Source of the DNA: an uncultured Verrucomicrobiae bacterium
GTDB taxonomy: Bacteria > Verrucomicrobiota > Verrucomicrobiia > Chthoniobacterales > JAFAMB01
DNA: 64,000 nucleotides
Assembly: GCA_963837955.1 (NCBI GenBank)
Contig: CAWIPH010000002.1
Span: 928,001 to 992,000 of the forward strand
Direction of reading: 5' to 3'
Numbering within the stretch: the stretch's first letter is position 1; each line of letters starts with the position of its first letter. Below are positions 50,384 through 62,874 of this stretch, in pieces. A program made the translations under genes and the position numbers. The notes under the pieces were generated by a model. The model was not told the DNA's origin, searched no databases, and saw nothing but the letters and a program-made list of their open reading frames with translations.

Positions 50384-52522
50384 ATGGAATCTAAAGTCTC
50401 GAAAGTTATTGGGTCAGCCGATCTCACGATATCGACTGGCAAACTGGCAAAACTTGCCGACGGCTCCGTGACCGTTCGTTCCGGAGATACGCTTATATTA
50501 GTGGCGGCCGTCTCGGCCACCAGTGTGAAGGAGGGTCAGGATTTTTTTCCGCTTACTGTAGACTACCGCGAAAAGGCAGCCGCAGTGGGCAAATTCCCAG
50601 GTGGTTATTTCAAGCGAGAAGGTCGTCCCTCTGAGAAAGAAACGCTTACCTCGCGAATGACAGACCGTCCCCTTCGCCCGTTGTTTCCGAAGGGTTATTT
50701 CTACGATACGCAGGTAATCAGCGTTCTTCTCAGCGCCGACGGTGAGAATGATCCTGATATTCTAAGCATCACGGGCGCTTCGGCTGCACTCTCGATCTCC
50801 GACATCCCATTCGCGGGGCCGATCGGTGCAGTGCGGGTCGGGCGAGTGAATGGCGAATTCGTTGTTAATCCGACTCACACTCAACGCCAACAGAGCGATC
50901 TTGATTTGGTCTATGTCGGTACTGCCGAAGAGGTCGTGATGATTGAGGGTGCGGCGAACGAAATCTCAGAAGAAGAATTCATCCGAGCACTTGAGTTTGC
51001 TCAACCGTTTGTCCGCGAGATTGTGGACATGCAAAAGGAACTTGTGGCAAGAGCGGGTAAGCCGAAACGAGAACCAGAATTGCTTACGGTCCGAGATGAT
51101 TTGCTCGAAATAGCTTACCAGGTTGCTGGCGATCGAATCGAAGCAGCGCTCTACACGCCAGGCAAAGTTGCTCGCAGCAAGGCTGTTGACGCACTGCGAA
51201 AGGAAGTCGACTCAACGATTCTGGCAAAGTTTCCGGACGCTACGCCGTTCGAAATTTCCCAGGCGTTCGACTACTTACAGAAAAAGGCGTTTCGAGTCAG
51301 CATCCTCGATAAGAAAACGCGCTGCGATGGTCGCGGTCTGCACGAATTACGATCGCTCAGCGGCGAGGTTGGTTTGCTTCCTCGGTCGCACGGTTCTGCC
51401 CTTTTCCAACGAGGAGAGACCCAGGCATTGGCGCTGGCTACTCTGGCCTCCGCCGAGGAAGCCCAGATGATTGATGCCTACACCGGAGGAGATCCGAGTA
51501 AGCGATTCATTTTGCATTACAATTTTCCGCCGTTCAGCGTGGGTGAGACTGGTAGATTTGGCAGCACCAGCCGGCGCGAAATCGGACATGGCGCGCTGGC
51601 CGAACGTTCGATTGCTCCGGTCATTCCTTCGGAGTCGGAGTTCCCTTACGCTATCCGCGTGACCAGCGAAGTGATGGAATCGAATGGTTCAACCTCGATG
51701 GCGACGGTTTGTTCTGGTGTAATGGCACTAATGGACGCCGGTGTCCCGATTCGTAAACCGGTTGGCGGTATCTCCGTCGGGTTGGTCACCGAATACGAGG
51801 GCGATCGCCTCGCGCGCTACACCACCCTCACTGATATTATTGGGTCCGAAGATCATTTCGGCGACATGGACTTCAAACTGTGCGGTACCCGAGATGGCGT
51901 TACCGGATTTCAACTCGATTTGAAGCTCCGTGGAATTTCTCATGCAATCATGTCTGAGGCGATTCACGAGGCCCGTGATGCGCGCATGAAGGTTCTCGAC
52001 TTCATGAGCGAAGCGATTCAGGCGCCCAGGAAAGAACTCAGCCAGTATGCGCCGCGCATTGAAACGGTGAAGATTCATCCGGATAAGATCGGGCTGCTCA
52101 TTGGACCTGGTGGCAAGACGATCAAAGGGATTGTAGCCGAAACGGGTGCAGAGATTAATATCGATGACGACGGTTCCGTTCACATCTATTCAGCCAGTCG
52201 TGATAGCTTGAACCGCGCGAAAGAGATCATCTCGGGAATGACCAAGGAAATCGAGGTAGGCGAGAGCTATCACGGGCGCGTTGTTTCGATCAAGGATTTC
52301 GGCGCGTTTATAGAAGTATTGCCGGGCAAGGACGGGCTCGTTCACATTTCCGAATTAGCAGATTTTCGGGTAAAGAGTGTCGAGGACGTGGTGAAGGTAG
52401 GCGATTTGGTTTGGGTGAAATGCATAGGGATTGACGAGAAGGGACGCGTCAAATTGAGTCGCAAGGCGGCGATGAAAGAACGCAACGCCGAGGCCGAGTC
52501 CGCTCTTCAGCAAGAAGCTTAG
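50384..52522 (+). CDS. pnp: Polyribonucleotide nucleotidyltransferase
   Basis: [39 protein letters not shown] and S1 domains; follows rpsO. Confidence 0.98.
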   Translation: MESKVSKVIGSADLTISTGKLAKLADGSVTVRSGDTLILVAAVSATSVKEGQDFFPLTVDYREKAAAVGKFPGGYFKREGRPSEKETLTSRMTDRPLRPLFPKGYFYDTQVISVLLSADGENDPDILSITGASAALSISDIPFAGPIGAVRVGRVNGEFVVNPTHTQRQQSDLDLVYVGTAEEVVMIEGAANEISEEEFIRALEFAQPFVREIVDMQKELVARAGKPKREPELLTVRDDLLEIAYQVAGDRIEAALYTPGKVARSKAVDALRKEVDSTILAKFPDATPFEISQAFDYLQKKAFRVSILDKKTRCDGRGLHELRSLSGEVGLLPRSHGSALFQRGETQALALATLASAEEAQMIDAYTGGDPSKRFILHYNFPPFSVGETGRFGSTSRREIGHGALAERSIAPVIPSESEFPYAIRVTSEVMESNGSTSMATVCSGVMALMDAGVPIRKPVGGISVGLVTEYEGDRLARYTTLTDIIGSEDHFGDMDFKLCGTRDGVTGFQLDLKLRGISHAIMSEAIHEARDARMKVLDFMSEAIQAPRKELSQYAPRIETVKIHPDKIGLLIGPGGKTIKGIVAETGAEINIDDDGSVHIYSASRDSLNRAKEIISGMTKEIEVGESYHGRVVSIKDFGAFIEVLPGKDGLVHISELADFRVKSVEDVVKVGDLVWVKCIGIDEKGRVKLSRKAAMKERNAEAESALQQEA

Positions 52523-52622
52523 CCGATCCAGAATTCAGAATCTGGAAGCCAGGATCTGAATTTCCCGAATACCCGATGGGCGCCGCTCGCCCATTCGGGG
52601 TAGGGCGGAAACCCCCAGGAAA

Positions 52623-52791
52623 GGTAGGGCGAAAGCCTGAGGCGGTATCAGCCGCGTCGGCTTGAGCCGCTTCTCTGCCCGACGTATCGCATTACTCCGT
52701 TTTCGGCCTGCGCTGACAAATGACCAACAACGACGGGGCGCACGCGGCTCAAGCCGACGCGGCTGATACCGCCTCAGGCTTTCGCCCTACC
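52623..52791. repeat. Symmetric family-A REPIN with perfect ~48-bp inverted arms
   Basis: GGTAGGGCGAAAGCCTGAGGCGGTATCAGCCGCGTCGGCTTGAGCCGC and its exact reverse complement at the right end. Confidence 0.92.
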
Positions 52792-53160
52792 CGTCGTGTC
52801 CGTCCGCAGCTTCAGCGAAGGAGGAAGCGTTGTACGTAGTCGGGTTTTCGGGCTGCCACCGTGATGGGTGATGCACGCCGATCGAATCTTCCGACAGGTG
52901 CCTCTCTCGACGTCCCTTTTCTGTTGGAAAATGTCATTTGACGCACCCTTTCGTCCGCAGCTAGTGAGTATTCGTGGCGGGCACGACAATCGATCAAGAA
53001 ATTGGTTGCGTAAGCACTCGAACGCAATATTCTCGATCGCCATTGGATTTCCGACCACGAGGTTTGAAAACGATTTTCTCAATCCCCAACATTTTGCTTC
53101 AACTCGGATCCGGCCGCGAAAGTGGTTGGTGCGGATCGGAGTAGGTGATTTCGCCGACGA

Positions 53161-53814
53161 ATGGCTAACTTTTTTCCCCGCTGGACAAACTACCTACCGC
53201 TCAAAATAATTTTCTGCCTGCTGGTGATAAGCGGCGCAGCATCGGCTGCGTACTGGTGGTATTTAACGCCGGAGTATATGCGCCAGGGGTACGAACCGGT
53301 GCAGCCGGTTCCATTTCCGCACGACATCCACGTCAGCCAACTCGGAATGGATTGCCGGTACTGTCATTCATATGTGGAGGTGTCGTCTCACTCGAACGTA
53401 CCGACCACTCAGACCTGCATGAATTGCCATCAGCAGGTCCAAGCCAATAATCCCAAGCTCTGGGCTGTCAAGCAAAGCTGGGAGACCGGGCAACCGATGC
53501 ATTGGGTTAGAGTCCATCAGGTACCTGATTTCGCTTACTTCAATCATGCCGTTCACGTGAATCGGGGCATTAGCTGCGTCAGCTGTCACGGGCAGATCAA
53601 CCACATGGAGGTCGTTTTTCAGCATGAGCCGCTGACCATGGGCTGGTGCTTAAATTGCCATCGCCACCCGGAAAATAACCTGCGCCCGGTCAGCGAGGTA
53701 TTTAACCTCGATTGGAAACCCGAAGGCGGTAAGTCGCAGGAACAGATCGGGACTCAATTGCAGCAACAATGGAACATTGCACCGCCGCAGAACTGCGCGG
53801 GGTGCCACCGCTAA
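53161..53814 (+). CDS. actA: Alternative complex III pentaheme cytochrome c subunit
   Basis: N-terminal TM; five CxxCH motifs (CRYCH, CMNCH, CVSCH, CLNCH, CAGCH); QPVPFPH. Confidence 0.92.
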   Translation: MANFFPRWTNYLPLKIIFCLLVISGAASAAYWWYLTPEYMRQGYEPVQPVPFPHDIHVSQLGMDCRYCHSYVEVSSHSNVPTTQTCMNCHQQVQANNPKLWAVKQSWETGQPMHWVRVHQVPDFAYFNHAVHVNRGISCVSCHGQINHMEVVFQHEPLTMGWCLNCHRHPENNLRPVSEVFNLDWKPEGGKSQEQIGTQLQQQWNIAPPQNCAGCHR

Positions 53815-56800
53815 TGAAGAGAGTCTTTAATCATCCACCGGAGGAGCCCACCGGGAAACGTTATTGGCGCGGTCTCGAAGAACTCTCGAATACTTCAGAG
53901 TTTCAGGAGTGGCTGAAGAGGGAGTTCCCGGCCGGAGCAGCTGAGCTGGAGACAGACGGGGTTTCACGCCGAAACTTTGTGCGATTAATGGGAGCTTCTG
54001 TGGCACTGGCCGGCGTTGGACTGAGTGGGTGTCGGCGACCGGAATCGTACATCGTTCCGTACACCAAGAGCGTAGAATGGCAGATCCCGGGCAAAGCTGT
54101 CCTCTACTCGACTTCTATGCCGACCCGGTCAGGCGGCCTGCCACTTGTGGCCACCACGTTTGAGGGCCGTCCGACGAAGCTCGAGGGCAATCCATTGGTG
54201 CCATCTAGCAACGGCGGCACCGACGCGTTCGCACAAGCCGCGATCCTGAATCTATACGATCCGGATCGAGCCAAAACCGTACTGGAAGGCGGGAAGAGCT
54301 CTTCGGTCGATAAACTAGAAGCCTACCTCAAGAAAGTTCAGTCTGACCTCCAGCAGAATCAGGGTGCCGGATTTGCGCTCCTTCTCGACTATCAGCAGAG
54401 TCCGACCCGGGATCGGTTTTTAACGACTTTTAGGCAGCGGTATCCCCAGGCAGAGGTCTACTTCGACGATCCGTTAGTGGCGGGCCAATACGAAAAAGCG
54501 GTCGAAACTCTATTTGGTCCTGACGTCGTGCTGCATCCCGCCTTTGATCAGGCGAGCGTGATATTGTCGCTCGACAGTGATTTCCTTGGATTGGAGCAAA
54601 CCGTCGATGGTGTAAAGGCATTCAGCGCCCGCCGGCGAGCTCATGGATCGGCCAAAAACATGAACCGCCTCTACAGCGTAGAGAACCGATTTACGCTTAC
54701 GGGTGGAATGGCTGATCACCGGCTACGGTGTGCCGCGTCACAGATTCCCGCATTTGCGTTGGCCCTGGCCGGAAAACTGGCCGCAGCAACAAACAATCGT
54801 GTCCTTGCCGCGATGGTTGGTCAGGTGAAGTCGAGCGGAACGGGATTTGATGATGGCTGGCTTACTGAATGCGCAAATGATCTGATCGCCCACAAGGGAC
54901 AGAGTTTAGTGCTACTCGGCAGTAGATATCCGGCCTGGGTGCATGGCTTGATCTTTTCGATGAACAACGCGGTGAGCGCGCTGGGTTCAACACTTCGCAT
55001 CCTTCAGCGGACTGAATTCAAGGGCGGAAGCTTGCCAGACTTGGTTGCCAAAGCCAAAACCGGCGCCATTCAGCGGCTATTCGTACTAGCGGGTAATCCT
55101 GCGTATACTTCGCCGGTCGATCTCCTATGGTCGGAAGTGCTGCAGAAAGTTCCGGAGATTCTGCGGCTTGGCTATTACGAAGATGAGACGACACCCGGTA
55201 CTACCTGGCATGTTCCGGAGGCACACTTTCTTGAATCGTGGGGCGATCAGCGTTCTCCCGACGGTACCTATCTACCGGTTCAGCCCATGATTCTTCCTCT
55301 GTTCGGGGGTTGGTCTCAGCTTGATCTTCTTGCCAAACTATTATCCCTTCCGTCCGGAGCGGAAGCTGTACGCGAAACCTTCAAATCGGTTGCGAGCGGC
55401 AATGGTTTCGAAGAAGCATGGACAGCTTTTCTACGTCAAGGATACGTTAAGGATAGCGCATACCGGGTCGCGAGCGCGTCGTTTAATACCGATCGGATTC
55501 CCACTCTTCTGCAAAATGTCGTGCTACCGGGTCCGGTGAACCCGAGTGCGATCGAAATTGTGTTTCCAGCGGATTACAAGGTTGACGATGGCCGTTATAC
55601 CAACAACCCCTGGCTCCAGGAATTGCCCGATCCAATCACCAAGTTGACCTGGGATAACGCTATCCAAATCAGCAAGGCGACCGCGAAAGCATTGCAAGTC
55701 GCCGAAGGGGATTTAGTGGAGATCAGTGTAGCTGACCGCAGGTTAGTAGCTGCCATCTTGATTGCGCCTGGTCAGGCTGATTTCTCACTGTCTTTGTCGC
55801 TTGGTTATGGTCGGAGAACGACCGGCAAGGTGGGACATGGCACCGGCTTTAATGCTTATCTTCTTCGAACGAGTGAAGGCCTTTACTTTGCCACGGGAGC
55901 GACCATCAGAGTGGTCAAGCCTGGAGGTTATAAGCTTATCCGGACCCAGCTTCATCACAGCATGGAAGGCCGCGCACTGGTTCGGGAAGGAACAGCCCAG
56001 GATTACGAAGAGAACCCTTCTTTCGCCAAAAAAGTTTGGATGGATAAGGATATCCTCCCCAATGTTTCGCTCTATTCTCATCCTCCGCTCAACGCGCCCA
56101 ACCAGTGGGGGATGGTAGTCGACCTTAATACCTGCACTGGATGCTCTGCCTGCGTCATTGCCTGTCAGGCAGAGAACAACATCCCGGTAGTCGGGAAAGA
56201 CCAGGTCGAACGCGGACGGGAGATGCATTGGATTAGAATCGATCGCTATTTCTCAAGTGCGGATGGCGACATCAATAATCCTCACCTGGAAGAAGACCCG
56301 GAGATGGTGGTCGAACCCATCATGTGCCAACACTGCGAGAACGCTCCTTGCGAGACGGTTTGCCCGGTCAACGCAACGGTTCACAGCGAAGACGGGCTCA
56401 ATGTGATGGTTTACAATCGGTGCATCGGGACTCGATACTGTTCCAATAACTGCCCGTTCAAGGTCCGCCGATTTAATTTCTTCAACTACAACGATCGTCC
56501 GGCGTTGGACAAGATCGAACACGGCTTGCCTGGGTTCGAAGGCAAACAACAGCTCTATCTTGGACCGTTCGCTCAGTGGGGAATGGAGGAAATCTCAAAG
56601 CTCCAGAAGAATCCAAACGTGACGGTTCGGACACGCGGTGTCATGGAAAAATGCACCTACTGCGTCCAGCGAATCGAGACCGCTAAAATTTCTCAGCGGA
56701 TCAAAGCCGGAGTGAAAGAAGGTCTCACGATTCCGACCGACAGTATTAAGTCAGCGTGTCAGCAAGCTTGCCCGGCGGAAGCCATCGTGTTTGGCGATCT

Positions 56801-57032
56801 AAAAGATCCAGAAAGCCAGGTTGCCAGGCTGCGCGGTCTTCCGCAAAATTATCACTTGCTCGAATACCTGAACATCCAGACCCGGACGAGCTATCTTGCT
56901 CGTCTCCGCAACCCGAACCCGAAAATGCCCGGGGCCGGTAGGATTGGGCATATCAACACCAACCACGATGAGCCGGAAGAGCACAAACCGGCGGCAGCAG
57001 TGGCACCTGAAGGAGGAATGCGTAATGGCTGA
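53814..57032 (+). CDS. actB: Alternative complex III molybdopterin-oxidoreductase-like plus Fe-S subunit
   Basis: YWRGLEEL; Tat motif [17 protein letters not shown]; Fe-S Cys clusters [30 protein letters not shown] and CTYC..CQQACP. Confidence 0.93.
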   Translation: MKRVFNHPPEEPTGKRYWRGLEELSNTSEFQEWLKREFPAGAAELETDGVSRRNFVRLMGASVALAGVGLSGCRRPESYIVPYTKSVEWQIPGKAVLYSTSMPTRSGGLPLVATTFEGRPTKLEGNPLVPSSNGGTDAFAQAAILNLYDPDRAKTVLEGGKSSSVDKLEAYLKKVQSDLQQNQGAGFALLLDYQQSPTRDRFLTTFRQRYPQAEVYFDDPLVAGQYEKAVETLFGPDVVLHPAFDQASVILSLDSDFLGLEQTVDGVKAFSARRRAHGSAKNMNRLYSVENRFTLTGGMADHRLRCAASQIPAFALALAGKLAAATNNRVLAAMVGQVKSSGTGFDDGWLTECANDLIAHKGQSLVLLGSRYPAWVHGLIFSMNNAVSALGSTLRILQRTEFKGGSLPDLVAKAKTGAIQRLFVLAGNPAYTSPVDLLWSEVLQKVPEILRLGYYEDETTPGTTWHVPEAHFLESWGDQRSPDGTYLPVQPMILPLFGGWSQLDLLAKLLSLPSGAEAVRETFKSVASGNGFEEAWTAFLRQGYVKDSAYRVASASFNTDRIPTLLQNVVLPGPVNPSAIEIVFPADYKVDDGRYTNNPWLQELPDPITKLTWDNAIQISKATAKALQVAEGDLVEISVADRRLVAAILIAPGQADFSLSLSLGYGRRTTGKVGHGTGFNAYLLRTSEGLYFATGATIRVVKPGGYKLIRTQLHHSMEGRALVREGTAQDYEENPSFAKKVWMDKDILPNVSLYSHPPLNAPNQWGMVVDLNTCTGCSACVIACQAENNIPVVGKDQVERGREMHWIRIDRYFSSADGDINNPHLEEDPEMVVEPIMCQHCENAPCETVCPVNATVHSEDGLNVMVYNRCIGTRYCSNNCPFKVRRFNFFNYNDRPALDKIEHGLPGFEGKQQLYLGPFAQWGMEEISKLQKNPNVTVRTRGVMEKCTYCVQRIETAKISQRIKAGVKEGLTIPTDSIKSACQQACPAEAIVFGDLKDPESQVARLRGLPQNYHLLEYLNIQTRTSYLARLRNPNPKMPGAGRIGHINTNHDEPEEHKPAAAVAPEGGMRNG

Positions 57033-58455
57033 GACTCAAGCTCCCGCGACAGTTCCTTTTGAGGAACGGCTGCCGAGACCCCCGATGGTGCTGAACAACC
57101 GTTCGATGTCGTGGATCACTAACCTGATCGCCGGCATTCCAGAACAGAAGACTCCGCTTTGGTGGTATGTAACGATTGCGATAACGGGATCTATCGCTGC
57201 CTTCGGTGTTTTTTGTATTCTTTACCTCTTGTTTACCGGCGTCGGTGTCTGGGGGAACAATGTCCCCGTCGGTTGGGCCTGGGACATCACTAACTTCGTG
57301 TTTTGGATCGGTATCGGTCACGCTGGGACGCTCATTTCGGCCATTCTGTTTCTCTGTCGCCAAAAGTGGCGAACCTCCATTAACCGAGCGTCCGAAGCGA
57401 TGACCCTTTTTGCGGTTATTTGTGCGGCCATCTATCCGGGAATTCACGTTGGCCGAATTTGGATGGTCTGGTTCATGGCTCCCGTTCCCAATCCGAATTG
57501 GATTTGGCCCAATTTCCGCAGCCCGCTTCTCTGGGACGTTTTCGCTGTCTCGACCTACTTTACCGTTTCCGTGCTGTTTTGGTTTCTGGGATTGGTGCCC
57601 GACCTCGCGACCATGCGTGATCGAGCCCTCAGCAAGGTTGGCAAATTCTGTTACGGCCTGCTGGCGCTCGGCTGGCGTGGCGGCAACCGTCAGTGGCGCC
57701 ACTACGAAATGGCGTACCTCATTCTGGCTGGCCTCTCAACGCCCCTGGTTTTGTCGGTGCATTCCACGGTCTCCTTCGATTTCGCCACCTCTCTGATTCC
57801 GGGTTGGCACACGACGATTTTTCCTCCGTATTTCGTGGCTGGCGCGATTTTCGGGGGCTTTGCCATGGTGCTCACGCTCATGTTGCCAGCGCGCTCGATT
57901 TACAAACTGCACGATGTGTTCACCTGGAATCACATCGACGTGATGTGTAAGATCATTTTGCTGACCGGTTCAATCGTCGGGTATGCCTACACGATGGAGT
58001 TCTTCGTCGCGTTTTATGGGGCCAACCCGTTCGAGCGCTTCGCGTTCATTAACCGCTATTTCGGGCCCTATTGGTGGGCTGCCTGGTCGATGTTCACGTG
58101 CAACGTCGTAATCCCTCAACTTTTCTGGGTGCGCGCGTTCCGGCGCAACCTTATTACCGTCTTTTTTGTCTGCATGTGCGTGAACGCAGGCATGTGGTAC
58201 GAGCGATTTGTCATCATCGCAGTTTCTTTGACCCGTGATTTTCTACCGTCGAGCTGGGGGGTGTACTACCCGACCTGGGTCGATGTCATGACCTTCGCTG
58301 GCACCTTTGGCATATTCACGACCTTTTTCCTGATATTTATCCGCTTCTTCCCGATGATCGCGATGTCGGAAGTGAAGACCGTTCTTCCCGAGGCCGATCC
58401 TCATTACCATCCGACGACTGGTGGCACTGGACCGATCAAGGAGGCACACGTATGA
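57025..58455 (+). CDS. actC: Alternative complex III NrfD-type quinol-binding membrane subunit
   Basis: [44 protein letters not shown]...PGWH, GMWYERF. Confidence 0.93.
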   Translation: MAETQAPATVPFEERLPRPPMVLNNRSMSWITNLIAGIPEQKTPLWWYVTIAITGSIAAFGVFCILYLLFTGVGVWGNNVPVGWAWDITNFVFWIGIGHAGTLISAILFLCRQKWRTSINRASEAMTLFAVICAAIYPGIHVGRIWMVWFMAPVPNPNWIWPNFRSPLLWDVFAVSTYFTVSVLFWFLGLVPDLATMRDRALSKVGKFCYGLLALGWRGGNRQWRHYEMAYLILAGLSTPLVLSVHSTVSFDFATSLIPGWHTTIFPPYFVAGAIFGGFAMVLTLMLPARSIYKLHDVFTWNHIDVMCKIILLTGSIVGYAYTMEFFVAFYGANPFERFAFINRYFGPYWWAAWSMFTCNVVIPQLFWVRAFRRNLITVFFVCMCVNAGMWYERFVIIAVSLTRDFLPSSWGVYYPTWVDVMTFAGTFGIFTTFFLIFIRFFPMIAMSEVKTVLPEADPHYHPTTGGTGPIKEAHV

Positions 58456-59012
58456 CCGCTGCAGCAGCTCGACGCAGAACTCTGGGAGTGATCGCCGAAT
58501 TTGCTTCGGCCAGCGAGCTTTATCACGCCGCGGAGCAGGTTCGCGACAAAGGTTATCGGTTCTGGGACGTTCATTCCCCATTCCCGATTCATGGAATGAA
58601 CAAGGCGATGGGTCTCGGCAAATCGCCTCTCGGCTACATTATCTTTTGCGGCGGTCTTACCGGATTCCTCACGGCAGCTTCGTTGGAATTCATCCCTTCT
58701 TCTTTCCTTTATCCGCTAATCGTTCACGGGAAGCCGGTAAACTTCTTCACGGTTCCAGCGTTTTTCCCGGTCATGTTTGAATTAACGGTCTTGTTCTCAG
58801 CTTTTACCGCTTTCTTCGGGGTGTTTGTTATGAATCGTTTGCCCCGATTACATCATCCGATTTTTGATTATGAACCGTTCGGACGCGTTACCAACGACGC
58901 GTTTTTTCTGATCATCGAGTCGTCCGATCCCCGTTTCTCGGACACTACGACCCGCGAATTCTTGCAGGAGATTGGTGGGAAGGACGTGACGTTGCTTTAC
59001 GAGAATGATTAA
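58452..59012 (+). CDS. actD: Alternative complex III subunit D (DUF3341)
   Basis: [22 protein letters not shown]. Confidence 0.9.
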   Translation: MTAAAARRRTLGVIAEFASASELYHAAEQVRDKGYRFWDVHSPFPIHGMNKAMGLGKSPLGYIIFCGGLTGFLTAASLEFIPSSFLYPLIVHGKPVNFFTVPAFFPVMFELTVLFSAFTAFFGVFVMNRLPRLHHPIFDYEPFGRVTNDAFFLIIESSDPRFSDTTTREFLQEIGGKDVTLLYEND

Positions 59013-59697
59013 GAACTTCCTGATCGGATTTACCTTGTTCTGCGTTTTGGCCGTCGCGTTCCTGGGCACGCGGGGAGAGCATCGTACGGCTCCGCCGATT
59101 GAGTTTTTTGGCGATATGAAACGGCAGGACAAGATCAAGTTCCAGAAGCCGAGCGATTTTTTCGCGGACGGTCGAGCTGCGCGCCCACCCGTGCCAGGAA
59201 CGATCCCGATGGGGTACGACATCCCTGGTCATCCGGCCCAAAATCTGGAGGTATCGAATGATATTAACTCTCCGCTCGGCGAGTTCTCTGCGGGAACAGA
59301 CTACTATAATACCGGCAAGCTGGGAGACCAATGGGGAACTGGCTTACCTCCGCAAGTGCCGCTTTCAATGGAGCTATTGAGACGTGGTCAAAAAGAGTTT
59401 CAGATTAATTGCGCGGTTTGCCACGGCGCTACCGGACAAGGGAACGGGATCACTTCAAAGTACGGACTGCTCGGTATCGCTAACTATCATCAAGACAAAT
59501 ATCGCCAGATGGCTGATGGCCAAATATTTAACACGCTCACTAATGGTTATAACACGATGATGGGTTACGGCGATAAGGTCACAGTCAAAGATCGTTGGGC
59601 AATTATTTCCTACATCCGAGCTCTTCAGCGGAGCCAATACGCGAAAATTTCGGATGTGCCAGAGGATCAACGTAAAGCTTTGGAGTCGCAAAAATGA
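59005..59697 (+). CDS. actE: Alternative complex III monoheme cytochrome c subunit
   Basis: DMKRQ.K, FFADGR..RPPVPGT, CAVCH, DRWAI. Confidence 0.88.
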   Translation: MIKNFLIGFTLFCVLAVAFLGTRGEHRTAPPIEFFGDMKRQDKIKFQKPSDFFADGRAARPPVPGTIPMGYDIPGHPAQNLEVSNDINSPLGEFSAGTDYYNTGKLGDQWGTGLPPQVPLSMELLRRGQKEFQINCAVCHGATGQGNGITSKYGLLGIANYHQDKYRQMADGQIFNTLTNGYNTMMGYGDKVTVKDRWAIISYIRALQRSQYAKISDVPEDQRKALESQK

Positions 59698-60926
59698 ACC
59701 ACTCGCATGTTCCGGCTCCCGAACTTTTTCGGCCCAAGGGAGTACATCGGCTCCTACTAGTGTTGCTCGGTATCGGAATTCTGTTTCTGGCTATCGTGCT
59801 CATCACCGGGTCTCTGGCGCCGGCCGGGAGCGAACTCCGTCGCCAGTTCGCTTTCTCTTGGCTGTTCGCGTTCATTTACTTTTTCACGATTCTGATCGGT
59901 TGTTTGTTTTGGATCCTTGTTCATCACGCCACCGATTCCGGCTGGGGGATCGTGGTCCGGCGGCAGATGGAGAACCTGGCCGCATTGCTGCCCTGGATGA
60001 TTCCGTTCTTTATTCCGATTTTTCTCTGTAGCTTTGATATCTGGAGTTGGCTCGCGGCGAAGGATCATCTCGAGGCCAACCCCGCGCTCGCGGACAAAAT
60101 CGGCTATTTCGAATTGCATTTCGGCTCGGTGAGGGTGCCCTTTTTCTGGATCCGAGCGGTCCTGTACTTTCTCTATTTCGCCGGGGCGGCCATTTATTTT
60201 CGTCGAACCTCGGTCAGGCAGGATTCGGACGGGAATCCACGCTGGTCGATTCAGATGCGTGGTTTCTCTTTCGTTGCGATTATTCTTTTCGCGCTCGGCA
60301 CGACATTCATGGCCTTCGATTGGATGGCTTCGCTCGATTATCGCTGGGCCTCGACGATGTGGGGAGTCTATATCTTTGCCGGATCGGCTGGGGCGGCAAT
60401 GGCGCTGATTATTCTGGTCGTGCTCGGGCTCAAGAATGCCGGTTACCTGAGCTTTGTGAACGCCGAGCATTACCACATGATGGGTAAACTGCTTTTCTGC
60501 TTCTCTATTTTTTGGGGCTATATCGGGTTTAGCCAATACATGCTGATTTGGTACGGGAACATCCCGGAAGAAACGGTCTGGTTCCTGCGCCGGAACATCG
60601 GCTCTTGGAACACGTTCAGCATCGCCTTGGTCGTGGGTCGATTTTTTATTCCGTTTCTTTATTTGCTTTTTCAGTACACCAAGCGCACTCCCAGCCTATT
60701 GGTCTTCATGGCTGGCTGGGTTTTGGTGATGCATCTGTTGGATATCTTCATCACCATCAATCCATTTATTCATCCGACCGGAATCCAGGTGACCTGGCTG
60801 GACGGTGCTACGCTCCTCGCAATCGGTTGTCCTTTAGCTTTCCTTTTTCTGCGCGGCCTGGGGGCGGCCTCTTTGTTTCCGTCGCGAGATCCCCGGTTGC
60901 TGGAGTCCATTAACGTGACCAACTAG
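59694..60926 (+). CDS. actF: Alternative complex III membrane subunit F
   Basis: Multi-TM; AFDWMASL..W.ST, GKLLFCF..FW.Y..FSQY.LIWYGNIPEET. Confidence 0.9.
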   Translation: MNHSHVPAPELFRPKGVHRLLLVLLGIGILFLAIVLITGSLAPAGSELRRQFAFSWLFAFIYFFTILIGCLFWILVHHATDSGWGIVVRRQMENLAALLPWMIPFFIPIFLCSFDIWSWLAAKDHLEANPALADKIGYFELHFGSVRVPFFWIRAVLYFLYFAGAAIYFRRTSVRQDSDGNPRWSIQMRGFSFVAIILFALGTTFMAFDWMASLDYRWASTMWGVYIFAGSAGAAMALIILVVLGLKNAGYLSFVNAEHYHMMGKLLFCFSIFWGYIGFSQYMLIWYGNIPEETVWFLRRNIGSWNTFSIALVVGRFFIPFLYLLFQYTKRTPSLLVFMAGWVLVMHLLDIFITINPFIHPTGIQVTWLDGATLLAIGCPLAFLFLRGLGAASLFPSRDPRLLESINVTN

Positions 60927-60929
60927 AGC

Positions 60930-61382
60930 ATGTCAGAGACAAACCATTCTCCGAAGTTTTCCGTGTCAATGGTCGTCACCGTCTTGGTGGTGCTTCTGGC
61001 CTTCGTTGGGCTGGTATGGTTTGTCACTTACGAACGCAAGGTGATTGCTTCTCACGATGCGCAGCGACGAGACCTGCGGTTAAAGAATTTGGATGATCTA
61101 ACTGTCGAAAACCAAAAGATACTGACCAACTACCGGTGGATTGACAAAGGGAAGGGGATAGTAGCGATCCCGATCGAGCGCGCAATGGAGTTGGTGATTC
61201 CAGATCTATCGGCCAACCACCCTCATGCTGCGGGCCCCATCACTCCTCCGGTTCCCAGCCCAACGCCTTCTGTTCCGGGTTCACCAGCTCAAAAACCGGT
61301 TTCTGCGCCTCCCCCGGCCGGCAATCAACCTTCACCCAGCCCTACTGGTGAGGCGCCTTCTGGAACACCGACTAAGCCGTGA
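60930..61382 (+). CDS. ActG-like single-TM subunit with a Pro-rich tail
   Basis: N-terminal TM; L.NY.WIDK..G.V.IPIERAM; lies after actF. Confidence 0.7.
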   Translation: MSETNHSPKFSVSMVVTVLVVLLAFVGLVWFVTYERKVIASHDAQRRDLRLKNLDDLTVENQKILTNYRWIDKGKGIVAIPIERAMELVIPDLSANHPHAAGPITPPVPSPTPSVPGSPAQKPVSAPPPAGNQPSPSPTGEAPSGTPTKP

Positions 61383-61419
61383 AGAGAAATATTAACTTGG
61401 CAGCGTTTTCGATGAACTT

Positions 61420-62874
61420 ATGAGCCAAACATCCTCATCGACTCTGGTTGTGCCCGGTTCGATAGACCGCGCAGTTCGGCTGCCGGTCCTCTTCTTCTTC
61501 GCTTCTGGCTTTGGGTGGCTCTTGGTCGCGTCCATACTTTGGCTCTTATCCGTCGTTCAGATGGCTGACCCAACAGCGTGGTGGACATTTTCCGGTGTCT
61601 CCTGGCTTACCTACGGGCGGATTTACCCGGTTTCGCTCGATCTATTCGTTTATGGATGGGCTTCGCTGGTTGGAATGGGCACGGCGATTTGGATCCTGGC
61701 CAGAATGGCGGAAACTCCGCTGCTGACCGGGTGGTTACCGCTTTTCGCCGGAGCTGCCTGGAATGCTGGTCTCCTGTTCGGTGTCTGGGGGGTGTTGGGT
61801 GGCGGTAGTATGGCGCGAGAATGGTTAGAGTTTCCCCCGTACGCAGCGTTCGCGATCTTTGTGGCCCAACTCATCATTGCAGTCTGGGCGATTGGTTTGT
61901 GCGTTTTTCGCCGGCAGCGCCAGTTCTACATCTCTCAATATTACCTTTTGGGCGCTTTCATCTGGTTCCCTTGGTTTTATGCGACGGCGAACGGGCTGCT
62001 GAATTTTGGCAATGCGAGCGGCGTAGCTCAACCGGCCATTCAGTGGTGGTATTTTGGTTGCTTGTTTGGTCTCTGGTTAACGCCACTCGGACTGGCTGCT
62101 GCTTTTTATTTCATTCCTCTCATTCTCAACCGGCCGCTGTACAGCGAGCGTTTAGCTCTTATTGGGTTTTGGACCTTGGCCGGGCTGGCTGGGTGGACTG
62201 GCCTTACCCAGATAATCGGCGGGCCCCTGCCGGTTTGGATGATTACGACCAGCATCGTAGCAAAGGTGCTTTTCATTATCCCGGTCCTGGCAGTTGCCGC
62301 AAACCTGCACCTGACGATGCGCGGGCAATTTGAGCTTATTAAGTCCAATTTGGCTCTTCGGTTTTTGATGATCGGAGCGATGCTCTATGGCCTGTCCGGT
62401 GTTTGGGATGCGACTAATGCGTTTCGAACGATCGACGAGGTTACTCAATTCACTCTGGCGGCGCTCGCGCGGACCTACCTGACTCTCTTCGGTTTCGTTT
62501 TCCTGGTTAGCTTTGGGGCGATTTATTTCATAGTTCCGCGGCTGCTGGAGCGTACCTGGAGATTTGTTGAATTGGTGCGATGGCACTTCTGGCTGAGCAT
62601 TGTTGGTCTAGGCCTGCTGCTCTTTGACCTTACCATCGCTGGGGTGATCCAAGGACTTGGACTCCTGGACCCGAAGGTTCCGATACCGGCCATTTTGGAT
62701 TTGATTGCGCCATTTTTGACCGGCCAGATCGTCGCGGGCGTTGTCTTAGCAGCCGCCAACATCGTTAGTCTGGCCTCGATGTTGACCGTTTTGGTCAATC
62801 CGGCTTGGCTCGCGTCGACCAGCAAAGCTCCGGAACCGATCCTTGACCTTGGGGAGGAGATGCCAGTCGCGTGA
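61420..62874 (+). CDS. cbb3-type oxidase subunit I (CcoN)-like membrane protein lacking the metal-ligand histidines
   Basis: CcoN scaffold motifs WLTYGR, REWLEFP, QWWY, YFIP...RPLYS, IGFW, PLPVW and HFWL are present; only two His occur in the whole protein. Confidence 0.8.
   Translation: MSQTSSSTLVVPGSIDRAVRLPVLFFFASGFGWLLVASILWLLSVVQMADPTAWWTFSGVSWLTYGRIYPVSLDLFVYGWASLVGMGTAIWILARMAETPLLTGWLPLFAGAAWNAGLLFGVWGVLGGGSMAREWLEFPPYAAFAIFVAQLIIAVWAIGLCVFRRQRQFYISQYYLLGAFIWFPWFYATANGLLNFGNASGVAQPAIQWWYFGCLFGLWLTPLGLAAAFYFIPLILNRPLYSERLALIGFWTLAGLAGWTGLTQIIGGPLPVWMITTSIVAKVLFIIPVLAVAANLHLTMRGQFELIKSNLALRFLMIGAMLYGLSGVWDATNAFRTIDEVTQFTLAALARTYLTLFGFVFLVSFGAIYFIVPRLLERTWRFVELVRWHFWLSIVGLGLLLFDLTIAGVIQGLGLLDPKVPIPAILDLIAPFLTGQIVAGVVLAAANIVSLASMLTVLVNPAWLASTSKAPEPILDLGEEMPVA

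Noticed and set aside
52980..53000. FNR-like box upstream of actA
   Set aside because: Only one half-site (ATCAA) matches, which is insufficient.
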